64,000 bases of DNA from an uncultured Limnohabitans sp. Its GTDB lineage: Bacteria > Pseudomonadota > Gammaproteobacteria > Burkholderiales > Burkholderiaceae_C. The stretch lies in the NCBI GenBank assembly GCA_963512655.1, contig CAUPNL010000002.1, positions 112,748-176,747 on the forward strand. Direction: 5' to 3'. The translations under genes were made by a program, and so were the position numbers. Below are positions 17,085 to 27,261 of this stretch, piece by piece (position 1 is the stretch's first letter; each line of letters starts with the position of its first letter). The notes under the pieces are model-generated. The model did not search any database, was not told the DNA's origin, and was given only the letters and a program-made list of their open reading frames with translations.

Positions 17085-17765
17085 TTAAGGGCGGATGACG
17101 CTCACGCCTTTGGGGACTGCAAAGTTGAACTGCGCTGCACCTAAGCTGGCAGGGTTGACCTCGAAGCGTTCAAAACTGAGCACCGAGCGTTGGCCCATGG
17201 CATCAAAAATTTCGAGCTTCCCGAGGCTCACTTGCGCACCATCGACACGCAAACCCATGCGCACCGATTGGATGGTGCTCTCGCGGTTTTTGGGCGTGGC
17301 TTGCACCCACTGCAAACCATCGGTATCCGTTTGCGCTTCTAAGCTGAATTCTTTTTGCAAGGTGCTCAAATCCACGGCCGTCGCGACCAAAGCAGCAGGC
17401 GTGCTGCCTAAGGCGTGCGCTTGTTTGCGCGCGGTCACTTGCTCTAGGTCAGCGTCGTACAACCACAGGGTTTGGCCATCGGCCACGATGACTTGGGGAA
17501 ACGGTTTGACGTAATCAAAACGAAAACGTGTGGGGCGCACAAATGAAAACTGACCCGTTGATGTTTTGCTGCGCACCGTGGTTTGCCCAGCTTTGGCAGG
17601 CGGCGTGACCACTTGCGTGAATTCAGCGCGGCCACTTTTGGTGGACTTCAAAAACGTTTCAAGTGTGTCAAGGCTACTCGCATAGGCAACGCTTGCGCTA
17701 AACGCGCAGATAGCCAGGGCTGCACCACCATGACGCATGATGCGTTTTGAAAAAGCTAAATTCAT
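17085..17765 (-). CDS. lolA: Outer-membrane lipoprotein chaperone
   Basis: Signal peptide, RPTRFRFDY, IVADGQTLWLYDADLEQVT; position after ftsK; start approximate. Confidence 0.92.
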   Translation of the reverse strand: MNLAFSKRIMRHGGAALAICAFSASVAYASSLDTLETFLKSTKSGRAEFTQVVTPPAKAGQTTVRSKTSTGQFSFVRPTRFRFDYVKPFPQVIVADGQTLWLYDADLEQVTARKQAHALGSTPAALVATAVDLSTLQKEFSLEAQTDTDGLQWVQATPKNRESTIQSVRMGLRVDGAQVSLGKLEIFDAMGQRSVLSFERFEVNPASLGAAQFNFAVPKGVSVIRP

Positions 17766-17802
17766 TTTTATTCCACTCATCGTCTGAGCCCGTGAATGAA
17801 GC

Positions 17803-20154
17803 TCATTCATCCCGCTTAGGCACCAAAATTTCGCGTTGACCATTGCTGCTCATGGCGCTTACCATGCCGGCCTTCTCCATGTCTTCTACCAAACGTGCGG
17901 CGCGGTTGTAGCCAATCTTCAAGTGGCGTTGCACCAGCGAGATGCTGGCCTTGCGGTTCTTCAACACCACCTCAACCGCTTGGTCATACATCGGGTCTTT
18001 TTCGGCCGACACTTCACCAAACAAATCGGGGCCTGATGGGTTGCCATCACCATCGACTGTGCCGCCTTCCAGCACGCCTTCGATGTAGTCGGGTTCGCCT
18101 TGACTCTTCAAGTAGTTGACCACGCGGTGCACTTCTTCGTCACTCACAAACGCGCCATGCACACGCACGGGGAAGCCTGTACCACTGGCCATGTACAACA
18201 TGTCACCCATGCCCAATAGTGCTTCAGCGCCCATTTGGTCGAGGATGGTGCGGCTGTCAATTTTGGAGCCCACAGAGAACGCGATACGCGTGGGGATGTT
18301 TGCTTTGATCAGACCGGTAATCACGTCCACGCTGGGACGTTGTGTAGCCAAAATCAAATGAATACCGGCAGCACGCGCCTTTTGGGCGAGACGTGCAATC
18401 AGCTCTTCAATCTTCTTGCCCACCACCATCATCAAGTCGGCCAACTCATCAATCACCACCACGATGTGTGGCAGGCGTTGCAATGGCTCAGGTTGCTCGG
18501 GTGTCAAGCTGAAGGGGTTGTAAATGAACTCTTCACGCGCAGCGGCTTCGTCAATCTTGGCGTTGTAACCCGCGAGGTTACGAACGCCCAGCTTACTCAT
18601 GAGCTTGTAGCGTTTTTCCATTTCGCCAACACACCAGTTCAGGCCATGTGCGGCTTGGCGCATGTCCGTCACTACGGGCGCCAGCAAGTGTGGAATGCCT
18701 TCGTAGACCGACATCTCCAACATCTTGGGGTCAATCATCAGCAAGCGCACATCACGGGCTTCTGCCTTGTAAAGCAAGGACAAAATCATCGCGTTGATAC
18801 CCACCGATTTGCCTGAGCCCGTGGTACCCGCCACCAACACGTGAGGCATCTTGGCCAAATCGGCCACGATGGGGTTACCCACAATGTCTTTACCCAAGCC
18901 CATGGTAAGCATGGACTTGGATTCGTTGTACACGTCCGAGCCCAAAATTTCACTCAAGCGGATGGACTGGCGTTTGGCATTGGGCAACTCCAACGCCATG
19001 TAATTTTTGCCTGGGATGGTCTCCACCACGCGGATGGATACCAGCGAGAGGGAACGCGCCAAGTCTTTGGCGAGGTTCAACACTTGCGAGCCCTTCACAC
19101 CTGTGGCGGGCTCAATCTCGTAGCGGGTAATCACAGGTCCAGGAGACGCCGCCACCACACGCACTTCGACGCCGAAGTCTTTGAGTTTTTTCTCAATCAT
19201 TCGGCTGGTCATTTCCAGCGTTTCGGGGGCCACGGTGTCTTGGCGAATCAGTGGGTCGTCCAACAAGTCGACCTGCGGCAAACGCGAATCGGTGGCGGCA
19301 TCGGTGAACAAGGTCTTTTGACGCTCTTTGGCCACGCGTGCGCTCTTGGGCACTTCGATGATCTCAGGCTCAATGTGCACGGTGATGGGCGGATGCTCTT
19401 TGATTTCCACACGCTCTTCAAACACCACTTCTTCACGTTCTCGTGCAGCGACCAGACCGTAGGCCACGTCTTCTTCGCGCTCGCGACGTTCACGCCACTT
19501 TTCGTACAAGCCGTCTAGCAAAGCGCCAATGTTTTCAGCAGTTTGCCCCCATGAGAAGCGAAACACCCACGACGCACCGGCCACGCCAAAGACAATGAAA
19601 ATCAAACCCGAGCCGTTAAAGCCCAACCAGTTCAAACTGGATGGCCCCACCAAGTAACCCAACACGCCGCCGCTGCTGTGGCCGGGCAAGCGGTCTTCAA
19701 AGCGGTACATGCGCGTCCACTCAAGACCGGCACTGGAAATCAACAGCAAGGCCAAGCCCATCCAAAACGCAAAACGCGTGTAGCGCCAGCCGGTGTGTTC
19801 AGGTGCGGGCTCGTCTTCGTCGCGCAAGCGGTTGGCCAAAGCGGACAGCCAAGCCACCAAAGCAGCGGCATAACACCACCACACCGAATAGCCGAGCAAG
19901 AAAAAGCTCAGGTCACCGAACAAGGCGCCCAAACGGCCACCAAAGTTGCGTACCGTGCCGCTTGCGCCGGAGGTGGTCCAAGCAGGGTCGAGTGGCGAAT
20001 GCGTGAGAAGCGCCAACAACCAAAAGGTCATGAACACAAAGCCAGCCGTCAGCGCAATCTCTTGCGCAAAGCGGCGAAAACCTGTGGGCTTGTGGTCCGC
20101 GTCGGCAGCAGAGGCGCGCGGGTCATTCTTTAATGTATTGAGCGAGTAAGTCAT
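17803..20154 (-). CDS. ftsK: DNA translocase FtsK
   Basis: N-terminal TMs, [43 protein letters not shown], gamma domain IGYNRAARL. Confidence 0.97.
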   Translation of the reverse strand: MTYSLNTLKNDPRASAADADHKPTGFRRFAQEIALTAGFVFMTFWLLALLTHSPLDPAWTTSGASGTVRNFGGRLGALFGDLSFFLLGYSVWWCYAAALVAWLSALANRLRDEDEPAPEHTGWRYTRFAFWMGLALLLISSAGLEWTRMYRFEDRLPGHSSGGVLGYLVGPSSLNWLGFNGSGLIFIVFGVAGASWVFRFSWGQTAENIGALLDGLYEKWRERREREEDVAYGLVAAREREEVVFEERVEIKEHPPITVHIEPEIIEVPKSARVAKERQKTLFTDAATDSRLPQVDLLDDPLIRQDTVAPETLEMTSRMIEKKLKDFGVEVRVVAASPGPVITRYEIEPATGVKGSQVLNLAKDLARSLSLVSIRVVETIPGKNYMALELPNAKRQSIRLSEILGSDVYNESKSMLTMGLGKDIVGNPIVADLAKMPHVLVAGTTGSGKSVGINAMILSLLYKAEARDVRLLMIDPKMLEMSVYEGIPHLLAPVVTDMRQAAHGLNWCVGEMEKRYKLMSKLGVRNLAGYNAKIDEAAAREEFIYNPFSLTPEQPEPLQRLPHIVVVIDELADLMMVVGKKIEELIARLAQKARAAGIHLILATQRPSVDVITGLIKANIPTRIAFSVGSKIDSRTILDQMGAEALLGMGDMLYMASGTGFPVRVHGAFVSDEEVHRVVNYLKSQGEPDYIEGVLEGGTVDGDGNPSGPDLFGEVSAEKDPMYDQAVEVVLKNRKASISLVQRHLKIGYNRAARLVEDMEKAGMVSAMSSNGQREILVPKRDE

Positions 20155-20204
20155 GTCTAGAGGCAGAGCTTACCCGAGCGGCAACCATACGCCGTCAGGG
20201 GTAA

Positions 20205-21215
<1,011 letters not shown>

Positions 21216-21329
21216 AACGCGCTACAATCTCAGGCTTTGCTGAATTCAGCGAAGAGATGGGTTACCGCCACCCTTTTTGGCGAGGTGAGGCGCTCGTGGG
21301 AACGACCGCCGTTGATATGGAGTGTCCAC

Positions 21330-21563
21330 ATGGCACGCGTATGTGAAGTAACGGGCAAAGGCCCAATGTCTGGGAACAACGTTTCCCACGCAAACAACAA
21401 GACAAAACGCCGTTTTTTGCCTAACCTGCAATACCGCCGTTTCTGGGTAGAGACTGAAAACCGTTGGGTTCGCTTGCGCGTTTCTAGCGCAGCTCTGCGT
21501 TTGATCGACAAAAACGGCATCGACGCCGTGTTGGCTGACTTGCGTTCACGCGGTCAAGCTTAA
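21330..21563 (+). CDS. rpmB: 50S ribosomal protein L28
   Basis: [30 protein letters not shown]; GGAG SD before ATG 21330. Confidence 0.97.
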   Translation: MARVCEVTGKGPMSGNNVSHANNKTKRRFLPNLQYRRFWVETENRWVRLRVSSAALRLIDKNGIDAVLADLRSRGQA

Positions 21564-21588
21564 TTCCAGTTACTGAAAGGACACGATC

Positions 21589-21759
21589 ATGGCATCCAAA
21601 GGCGGACGCGAAAAAATCAAGCTGGAATCGACAGCCGGCACAGGTCACTTCTACACGACCAGCAAAAACAAGAAAACAATGCCCGAGAAAATGTTGATCA
21701 TGAAATTTGATCCCAAAGCTCGTAAGCACGTTGAATACAAGGAAACCAAACTGAAGTAA
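21589..21759 (+). CDS. rpmG: 50S ribosomal protein L33 (not in ORF track)
   Basis: [56 protein letters not shown]. Confidence 0.97.
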   Translation: MASKGGREKIKLESTAGTGHFYTTSKNKKTMPEKMLIMKFDPKARKHVEYKETKLK

Positions 21760-21780
21760 TTCAGGCTGGACCTCAAGAAG

Positions 21781-21810
21781 AACCCGCTCTCGCAAGATGG
21801 CGGGTTTTTT
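21781..21810 (+). terminator. Terminator of rpmBG
   Basis: AACCCGC...GCAA...GCGGGTT followed by a T-run. Confidence 0.8.
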
Positions 21811-21830
21811 GTTGCCTGTGCAAAGTTACC

Positions 21831-21859
21831 CAAAAGAAAAGGCACCCGAAGGTGCCTTT
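21831..21859 (-). terminator. Terminator of the desaturase gene
   Basis: Minus strand AAAGGCACC-TTCG-GGTGCCTTT then TCTTTTG. Confidence 0.8.
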
Positions 21860-21878
21860 GTCGTGAGTGCAGAACCGT

Positions 21879-23090
21879 TTACACGCGTGCAGCACGCAAG
21901 TGCATCGAGAACTCTTGCAATGCAGCAATGCCGCTGGTCTCGGCGCGTTTGCACCAAGCTTGCAGGTCTAGCGCCAATTGCGCACGGTTGTGGTTGGTGT
22001 TGAGCCACAACTGGCGCAGCTCTTCACGCATCTTCACCATCGTGTCCACATCAGGCAAGGCTGCGCGGGCTTGGGCCAATTGGGCCGCCACTGCCGCAGG
22101 CACCTTCTCGGCATCGCGGTGCATCCAGCGCTTGGCAGCAGCCAGCACAGAGTCAGCAGGCAAGGTGGACATGCTGGACAGCTCTTGGTTCATGGCCAAG
22201 CGCAGTTGACGGGCGTAATTGGCCATCACTTCGTAGCGGTTGGCAATGACGGCTTCCAAGGTCTTTTCATCGGCCACTGGCTTAATGTCGCCAAAGGCGA
22301 GCTTTGGAGGTGTCTTCTTAACAGTCGCCAAACCCACAGTTTCCAAAATGCGGATGTACAACCAGCCCAAGTCGAACTCGTAGGGCTTGACCGACAACTT
22401 GGCCGATGTGGGATAAGTGTGGTGGTTGTTGTGCAACTCTTCGCCACCAATGAGGATGCCCCAAGGCGAAATGTTGGTGCTGGCGTCTGGCGCCTCAAAG
22501 TTGCGGTAGCCCCAGTAGTGAGCTGCACCGTTGATGATGCCGGCGGCTGTGACGGGAATCCACATCATCTGCACGGCCCACACGGTCAGGCCCAAAGCGC
22601 CGAACAACGCCAAGTTGATGACGAGCATCAATGACACACCCAGCACTGAATGCGGGGTGTAGACATTGCGCTCAATCCAATCGTTGGGTGTGCCGTGGCC
22701 AAAACGCTCGAGGGTTTCGAGGTTCTCGGCTTCTTTGCGGTACAACTCAGCGCCCGTGAACAACACGGTTTTGATGCCGTGCACGTGGGGGCTGTGTGGG
22801 TCTTCCGCTTGCTCGCACTTGGCGTGGTGTTTGCGGTGGATGGAGGTCCACTCTTTGGTCACTTGGGCGGTGGTGAGCCACAACCAGAAACGGAAGAAGT
22901 GCGACACCACAGGGTGCAAATCCAAAGCACGGTGCGCCGAGTGACGGTGCAAATAAATGGTCACGCTCGCGATGGTGATGTGCGTGAGCACCATCGTGAC
23001 GATGAAGACTTGCCAGCCAGAAAAATGCAGCAAGCCGTAGCTCAGCCAGTTCAACGTGGCGTCAAGCCAAGCCCAATTGGGTAACAACAT
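21879..23090 (-). CDS. desA: Acyl-CoA/lipid delta-9 fatty acid desaturase with C-terminal helical extension
   Basis: His boxes HRHSAH, HRKHH, HNNHH; about 130-aa extra C-terminal region. Confidence 0.9.
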   Translation of the reverse strand: MLLPNWAWLDATLNWLSYGLLHFSGWQVFIVTMVLTHITIASVTIYLHRHSAHRALDLHPVVSHFFRFWLWLTTAQVTKEWTSIHRKHHAKCEQAEDPHSPHVHGIKTVLFTGAELYRKEAENLETLERFGHGTPNDWIERNVYTPHSVLGVSLMLVINLALFGALGLTVWAVQMMWIPVTAAGIINGAAHYWGYRNFEAPDASTNISPWGILIGGEELHNNHHTYPTSAKLSVKPYEFDLGWLYIRILETVGLATVKKTPPKLAFGDIKPVADEKTLEAVIANRYEVMANYARQLRLAMNQELSSMSTLPADSVLAAAKRWMHRDAEKVPAAVAAQLAQARAALPDVDTMVKMREELRQLWLNTNHNRAQLALDLQAWCKRAETSGIAALQEFSMHLRAARV

Positions 23091-23142
23091 GTAATGTCTT
23101 TCAACGTGTAGAGATCAACTGTCAATTTTAAGGTTTGGGGCC

Positions 23143-24477
23143 TTATTTGGCTACCCAAACTGCGGCAAAGAAGCCGTCCGTGGCATGTATGTGGGGCCAA
23201 AGGCGCAAATACAAACCGTCAGTTGTACAAAGCGAGGCCGCATTGGCTACTTTTAGCTCTGTCAGAGTGTCGGCTGCTGACAACGGCACAAAGTTGGGGT
23301 GAGCTGCACTGAAGGCTTGGGCAATCGCCTCGTTCTCTTCGGGCAACACGCTGCAGGTGGCGTACACCAAGCGGCCACCAGACTTCACCAAACGTGCGGC
23401 GCTGGCCAAGATGGAGGTTTGCTTGACCGTCAACTCTTCAACGGCCTTGGGTGACTGACGCCATTTCAGGTCAGGGTTGCGGCGCAAGGTGCCTAGGCCC
23501 GAGCAAGGAGCATCCACCAACACACGGTCAATCTTGCCGCTCAGACGTTTCACGCGCTCGTCGCGCTCGTGCGCAATGGCAGAGGGGTGAACGTTGGACA
23601 ACTTGCTGCGTGCCAAGCGGGGCTTGAGTGATTCCAAGCGATGACCCGAGGTGTCAAACGCATACAAGCGGCCGGTGCTGCGCATAGAAGCGCCAATGGC
23701 CAGCGTTTTGCCGCCTGCGCCCGCACAAAAGTCCACCACCATCTCGCCACGCTTGGCGTCGAGCAACAGGGCCAACAGCTGTGAGCCTTCGTCTTGCACT
23801 TCAATCGCGCCACGCGCAAACGCGTCTAGGCCCGACAAAGCGGGTTTGCCTTCGATGCGCAAACCCCAAGGCGAGAACGGTGTGTCCACCGCCTTGATGC
23901 CCGCGAGCTTCAACTCGTGCTGCACATCGGCGCGTTTGTCGGTGAAAGTGTTCACGCGCAAGTCCAGCGGTGCGCCGCCGTTGAGGCGTTCGACCAAGGG
24001 CCAAAAGCCCTCGCCCACTTGGGCCTTGAGCGGCTCGACTAACCACTCGGGCATGTTGTGGCGATGGCGCTCCATCAGGTCGGTGGGGTTCACCGCTTCG
24101 CAGGCTTCAAGCCATGCGGCTTCTTGTTTGTTCAACGCGCTGAACAAAAAGTCGAGCGGGCTGTTGTTGGCGTGCTTGGCGCTTTTGGGCGCGTTGTTGG
24201 CAGGCGCTTGGTCTTTCAAGTGCTGTGCAAAGCCGAGTATGGCCAAGCGGCGCTCTTTGGGGCCAGAGCCCGAGGGCGCAAAGTGGTCGTAGCGCAGTTT
24301 GTTGCGCAAGACGTTGTAGGTGGTTTCGGCCAAGGCCGCACGCTCGCGCGGGCCGAAGGCATAGGTTTTACGGTAGTCACGGAAAAACTTAGACACCACT
24401 GAATCAGCAGGGTGGTCAAACTTCAAAGTGAGGCGGACAAGCTCGGTACAAGCTTCAACAAGGGCTTTTGGATGCAT
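23143..24477 (-). CDS. RsmB/NOP-family SAM-dependent RNA m5C methyltransferase
   Basis: VQDEGSQL, DFCAGAGGKT, VDAPCSGLGTLRRNPD, YATCS. Confidence 0.93.
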   Translation of the reverse strand: MHPKALVEACTELVRLTLKFDHPADSVVSKFFRDYRKTYAFGPRERAALAETTYNVLRNKLRYDHFAPSGSGPKERRLAILGFAQHLKDQAPANNAPKSAKHANNSPLDFLFSALNKQEAAWLEACEAVNPTDLMERHRHNMPEWLVEPLKAQVGEGFWPLVERLNGGAPLDLRVNTFTDKRADVQHELKLAGIKAVDTPFSPWGLRIEGKPALSGLDAFARGAIEVQDEGSQLLALLLDAKRGEMVVDFCAGAGGKTLAIGASMRSTGRLYAFDTSGHRLESLKPRLARSKLSNVHPSAIAHERDERVKRLSGKIDRVLVDAPCSGLGTLRRNPDLKWRQSPKAVEELTVKQTSILASAARLVKSGGRLVYATCSVLPEENEAIAQAFSAAHPNFVPLSAADTLTELKVANAASLCTTDGLYLRLWPHIHATDGFFAAVWVAK

Positions 24478-24497
24478 AGGGTGTATTGTCCCATCCT

Positions 24498-24734
24498 ATG
24501 AACGACCAAGACCTCCCCCCACTGCAAGAAACTCCCATCGGCCTCTACCGCCACTACAAAGGCGGCCAATACGAGGTGATTGGCACCGTGCGCCACAGCG
24601 AAACGCTAGAACCGATGACCCTCTACCGCGCCCTGTACGGCGCACACGGCCTGTGGGTGCGCCCTGCAGCCATGTTTAACGAACAGGTGCTGATTGACGG
24701 CGTGATGCAGCCGCGCTTCGTCAAAACCAACTAA
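24498..24734 (+). CDS. DUF1653-like small protein
   Basis: GLYRHYKGGQYEV...RHSET, YRALYG..GLWVRP..MF motifs. Confidence 0.82.
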   Translation: MNDQDLPPLQETPIGLYRHYKGGQYEVIGTVRHSETLEPMTLYRALYGAHGLWVRPAAMFNEQVLIDGVMQPRFVKTN

Positions 24735-24779
24735 GCCTTGTATGCAGCGGCGTTGCCAGCCCCGCGATAATTCGCGGCA

Positions 24780-25370
24780 ATGAAAAACATCGTCATCTTG
24801 ATCTCTGGCGGCGGCTCCAACATGGCCGCCATCGTGCGCACCGCACAAGCCCAAAACTGGGCCAAGCAATTCAACGCGCAAGTGAGCGCCGTCATCAGCA
24901 ACAAAGCCGACGCCAAAGGCTTGGCCTTTGCCAAAGAACACGGCATCGCCACATCCGTCATCGACCACAAAGCCTTCGCAGGCGAACCCCAACCCCGCGA
25001 AGCCTTTGACGCTGCCTTGATGACCGAGATCGACAAACACCAGCCCCACCTTGTGGTGCTGGCTGGCTTCATGCGCATCCTCACACCAAGCTTTGTGGCG
25101 CACTACGAAGGCCGGTTGCTCAACATCCACCCCTCGCTTCTGCCCGCCTTCCCCGGCCTGCACACGCATGAGCGCGCCATCGAAGCCGGCTGCAAATTTG
25201 CAGGAGCCACCGTGCACCGCGTGACCGCCGAGCTAGACCACGGCCCCATCCTCGCGCAAGCCGTCGTACCCGTGCTGCCCGACGACACGGCAGACACACT
25301 GGCGGCGCGGGTGTTGACGCAGGAGCATTTGATTTATCCGAAGGCGGTAGCGGAACTACTGGCGGATTAA
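24780..25370 (+). CDS. purN: Phosphoribosylglycinamide formyltransferase
   Basis: ISGGGSNM, LAGFMRIL, NIHPSLLP, GATVHRVTAELDHGPI. Confidence 0.97.
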   Translation: MKNIVILISGGGSNMAAIVRTAQAQNWAKQFNAQVSAVISNKADAKGLAFAKEHGIATSVIDHKAFAGEPQPREAFDAALMTEIDKHQPHLVVLAGFMRILTPSFVAHYEGRLLNIHPSLLPAFPGLHTHERAIEAGCKFAGATVHRVTAELDHGPILAQAVVPVLPDDTADTLAARVLTQEHLIYPKAVAELLAD

Positions 25371-25378
25371 CGTAGACA

Positions 25379-25484
25379 GAGTGAGGATGTTCGCAGCTGA
25401 GAGGGGGATGGGCAGCTGACGATTTCTGGTACTCCAGCATTAGGATGCTGCCCATCCCCCTCTCAGCGGAGCAACAGCCCACTC
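25379..25484. repeat. ~106-bp hairpin element with a perfect 21-bp inverted repeat
   Basis: GCTGAGAGGGGGATGGGCAGC (25396-25416) and its exact reverse complement (25447-25467), 30-nt spacer, further outer pairing (GAGTG/CACTC, TGTT/AACA). Confidence 0.85.
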
Positions 25485-25504
25485 GCCGGAACGAACGCAA
25501 CAAA

Positions 25505-26062
25505 TCAAACCAAGAGCCGAGAACTCTTAGGCACATGCGCCATCAAAAACTCCATCTGATCCGCCAAGATACGGCGGTTACGCAAGATGAAGTCTTCCCA
25601 CAACGATGGTTCATAAGGTGTGTAAAGAAGCGGCATGCGCGCTTGCTCTGGCGTGCGGTTACCTTTGCGATGGTTGCACGATTTGCACGCCGTCACCACA
25701 TTCATCCACACATTGGGGCCGCCTTGGCCCACGGGGCGAATGTGTTCGCGGGTGAGTTCTGACTCGTGAAAGTGGTCGCCGCAGTAGGCGCAAACGTTGC
25801 GGTCGCGGCTAAAAAGCTTGTCGTTGGTCAGACCCGATTTCAAATCAAACGGGTTGATATTGGGCACACCTTTCGTGCCGATGATGCTGTTGACCGTGAT
25901 GATCGACTGCTGGCCCGTGATGGCATTGGTGCCGCCATGAAACACCGCCACCTCGCCGCCAGATTCCCAGCGTACTTCGTCGGCCGCGTAGTGGAGAACC
26001 GCTTCTTCCAGCGATATCCACGACTGCGGTAGCCCTTGGGCAGACAGTTTCAAGACCTTCAC
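25505..26062 (-). CDS. HNH endonuclease
   Basis: RDRNVCAYCG, TREH, NVVTACKSCNHRKG; GTG start after GAGGT. Confidence 0.9.
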   Translation of the reverse strand: MKVLKLSAQGLPQSWISLEEAVLHYAADEVRWESGGEVAVFHGGTNAITGQQSIITVNSIIGTKGVPNINPFDLKSGLTNDKLFSRDRNVCAYCGDHFHESELTREHIRPVGQGGPNVWMNVVTACKSCNHRKGNRTPEQARMPLLYTPYEPSLWEDFILRNRRILADQMEFLMAHVPKSSRLLV

Positions 26063-26171
26063 ACCTCACCTCCATTCGCTTCTAAAACGACCGATCGGGA
26101 ATGCACATCTATCGCTGACAATATACCTTTATTGGGTGACAGTTTTATGTTCGTCGCCCCACACTCAAACC

Positions 26172-27146
26172 ATGCAAATTTTTCGAGGTTTTCATCACCC
26201 CCAATTGGCTTCAGCCTGTGCGCTGACGATTGGCAACTTTGACGGCGTGCACCGTGGCCACCAAGCCATGCTGGCCCTGCTGAAAAATGAGGCACGTCAT
26301 CGCGGCGTGCCCAGTTGCGTGATGACGTTCGAGCCTCACCCACGCGATTTCTTCGCCAAGCAGCACCAACAGCCTGACCTCGCCCCCGCCCGCATTGCCA
26401 GCCTGCGCGACAAGCTCAATGAGCTGGCCGCTTGCGGTGTAGACCAATGCGTGGTGCTGCCGTTTGACCAAAGCTTTGCCTCGCAAGAGCCTCAGGCTTT
26501 CATCGAAGACGTGCTGGTCAAAGGCCTAGGCGTGAAATACGTGCTGGTGGGTGACGACTTTCGCTTTGGGGCCAAACGTGCGGGCGACTACGCCATGCTG
26601 GATGCGGCAGGCGGAAAGCTGGGCTTCGACGTGGCCCGCATGAACAGCTACGAAGTGAAAAATTTACGCGTCTCCAGCTCTGCCGTGCGCGAGGCCATGG
26701 GCCGTGGCGCAATGCAAGAGGTGGCGCAGTTGCTGGGCCGCCCTTATGCCATTTCGGGCCATGTGGTGCATGGCCGCAAGCTGGGCCGCGAGCTGAACTG
26801 CCGCACGCTCAACCTGCGCTTTAGCCATTGGAAGCCCGCCGCCAGCGGCATCTTCGTGGTGCAGGTACACGGTTTGGCCGAACAGTCCTTGGCAGGCGTG
26901 GCCAATTTGGGCATTCGACCCTCACTCGACGCATCCGATGTGAACGGCGGCCGCGTGCTGCTAGAAACCCATTGCCTCGACTGGCCCGCCAGCCTAGGCG
27001 CTGAGGGGGGCTACGGTAAAATCATCCGTGTGGAACTGCTGCACAAATTACACGACGAGCTGAAGTACGACGGTCTGGACGCCTTGATGCAAGGCATACA
27101 CAAAGACTGCGACGATGCACGCGCCTGGCTCGCAGCCCGAATTTGA
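26172..27146 (+). CDS. ribF: Bifunctional riboflavin kinase/FAD synthetase
   Basis: [41 protein letters not shown]. Confidence 0.96.
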   Translation: MQIFRGFHHPQLASACALTIGNFDGVHRGHQAMLALLKNEARHRGVPSCVMTFEPHPRDFFAKQHQQPDLAPARIASLRDKLNELAACGVDQCVVLPFDQSFASQEPQAFIEDVLVKGLGVKYVLVGDDFRFGAKRAGDYAMLDAAGGKLGFDVARMNSYEVKNLRVSSSAVREAMGRGAMQEVAQLLGRPYAISGHVVHGRKLGRELNCRTLNLRFSHWKPAASGIFVVQVHGLAEQSLAGVANLGIRPSLDASDVNGGRVLLETHCLDWPASLGAEGGYGKIIRVELLHKLHDELKYDGLDALMQGIHKDCDDARAWLAARI

Positions 27147-27261
27147 CGGGGCGTGCAGCCCCCTCTTGCTGCACATTGCCCCGCATCTGCCTGATTTAGC
27201 TAGCTGCCCCGCTTTTGGGTTTAGCAGCCAGCCCCTCTTAATGCTCCGACCTGAGATAGCC

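Noticed and set aside
21879-22300. Transposon insertion at the end of the desaturase
   Set aside because: In-frame fusion with no terminal inverted repeats, target duplication or DDE triad evident
25379-25484. Hairpin as SRP 4.5S RNA, 6S RNA or a ZTP riboswitch
   Set aside because: Lacks the SRP GGAA-loop/CAGG-AGCA motif, is too short for 6S with no central bubble, and lies downstream of purN without the ZTP consensus
25505-26062. HNH gene as an IscB/Cas9-like RNA-guided nuclease or part of a CRISPR locus
   Set aside because: 185 aa with no RuvC motifs or bridge helix, and no repeat-spacer array anywhere in the window; looks like a standalone HNH
27148-27182. Stem-loop GGGGC-GTGCAGC...GCTGCAC-att-GCCCC between ribF and ileS as a T-box or riboswitch
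   Set aside because: No T-box or specifier motifs and no U-tract; more likely an mRNA stability or processing hairpin
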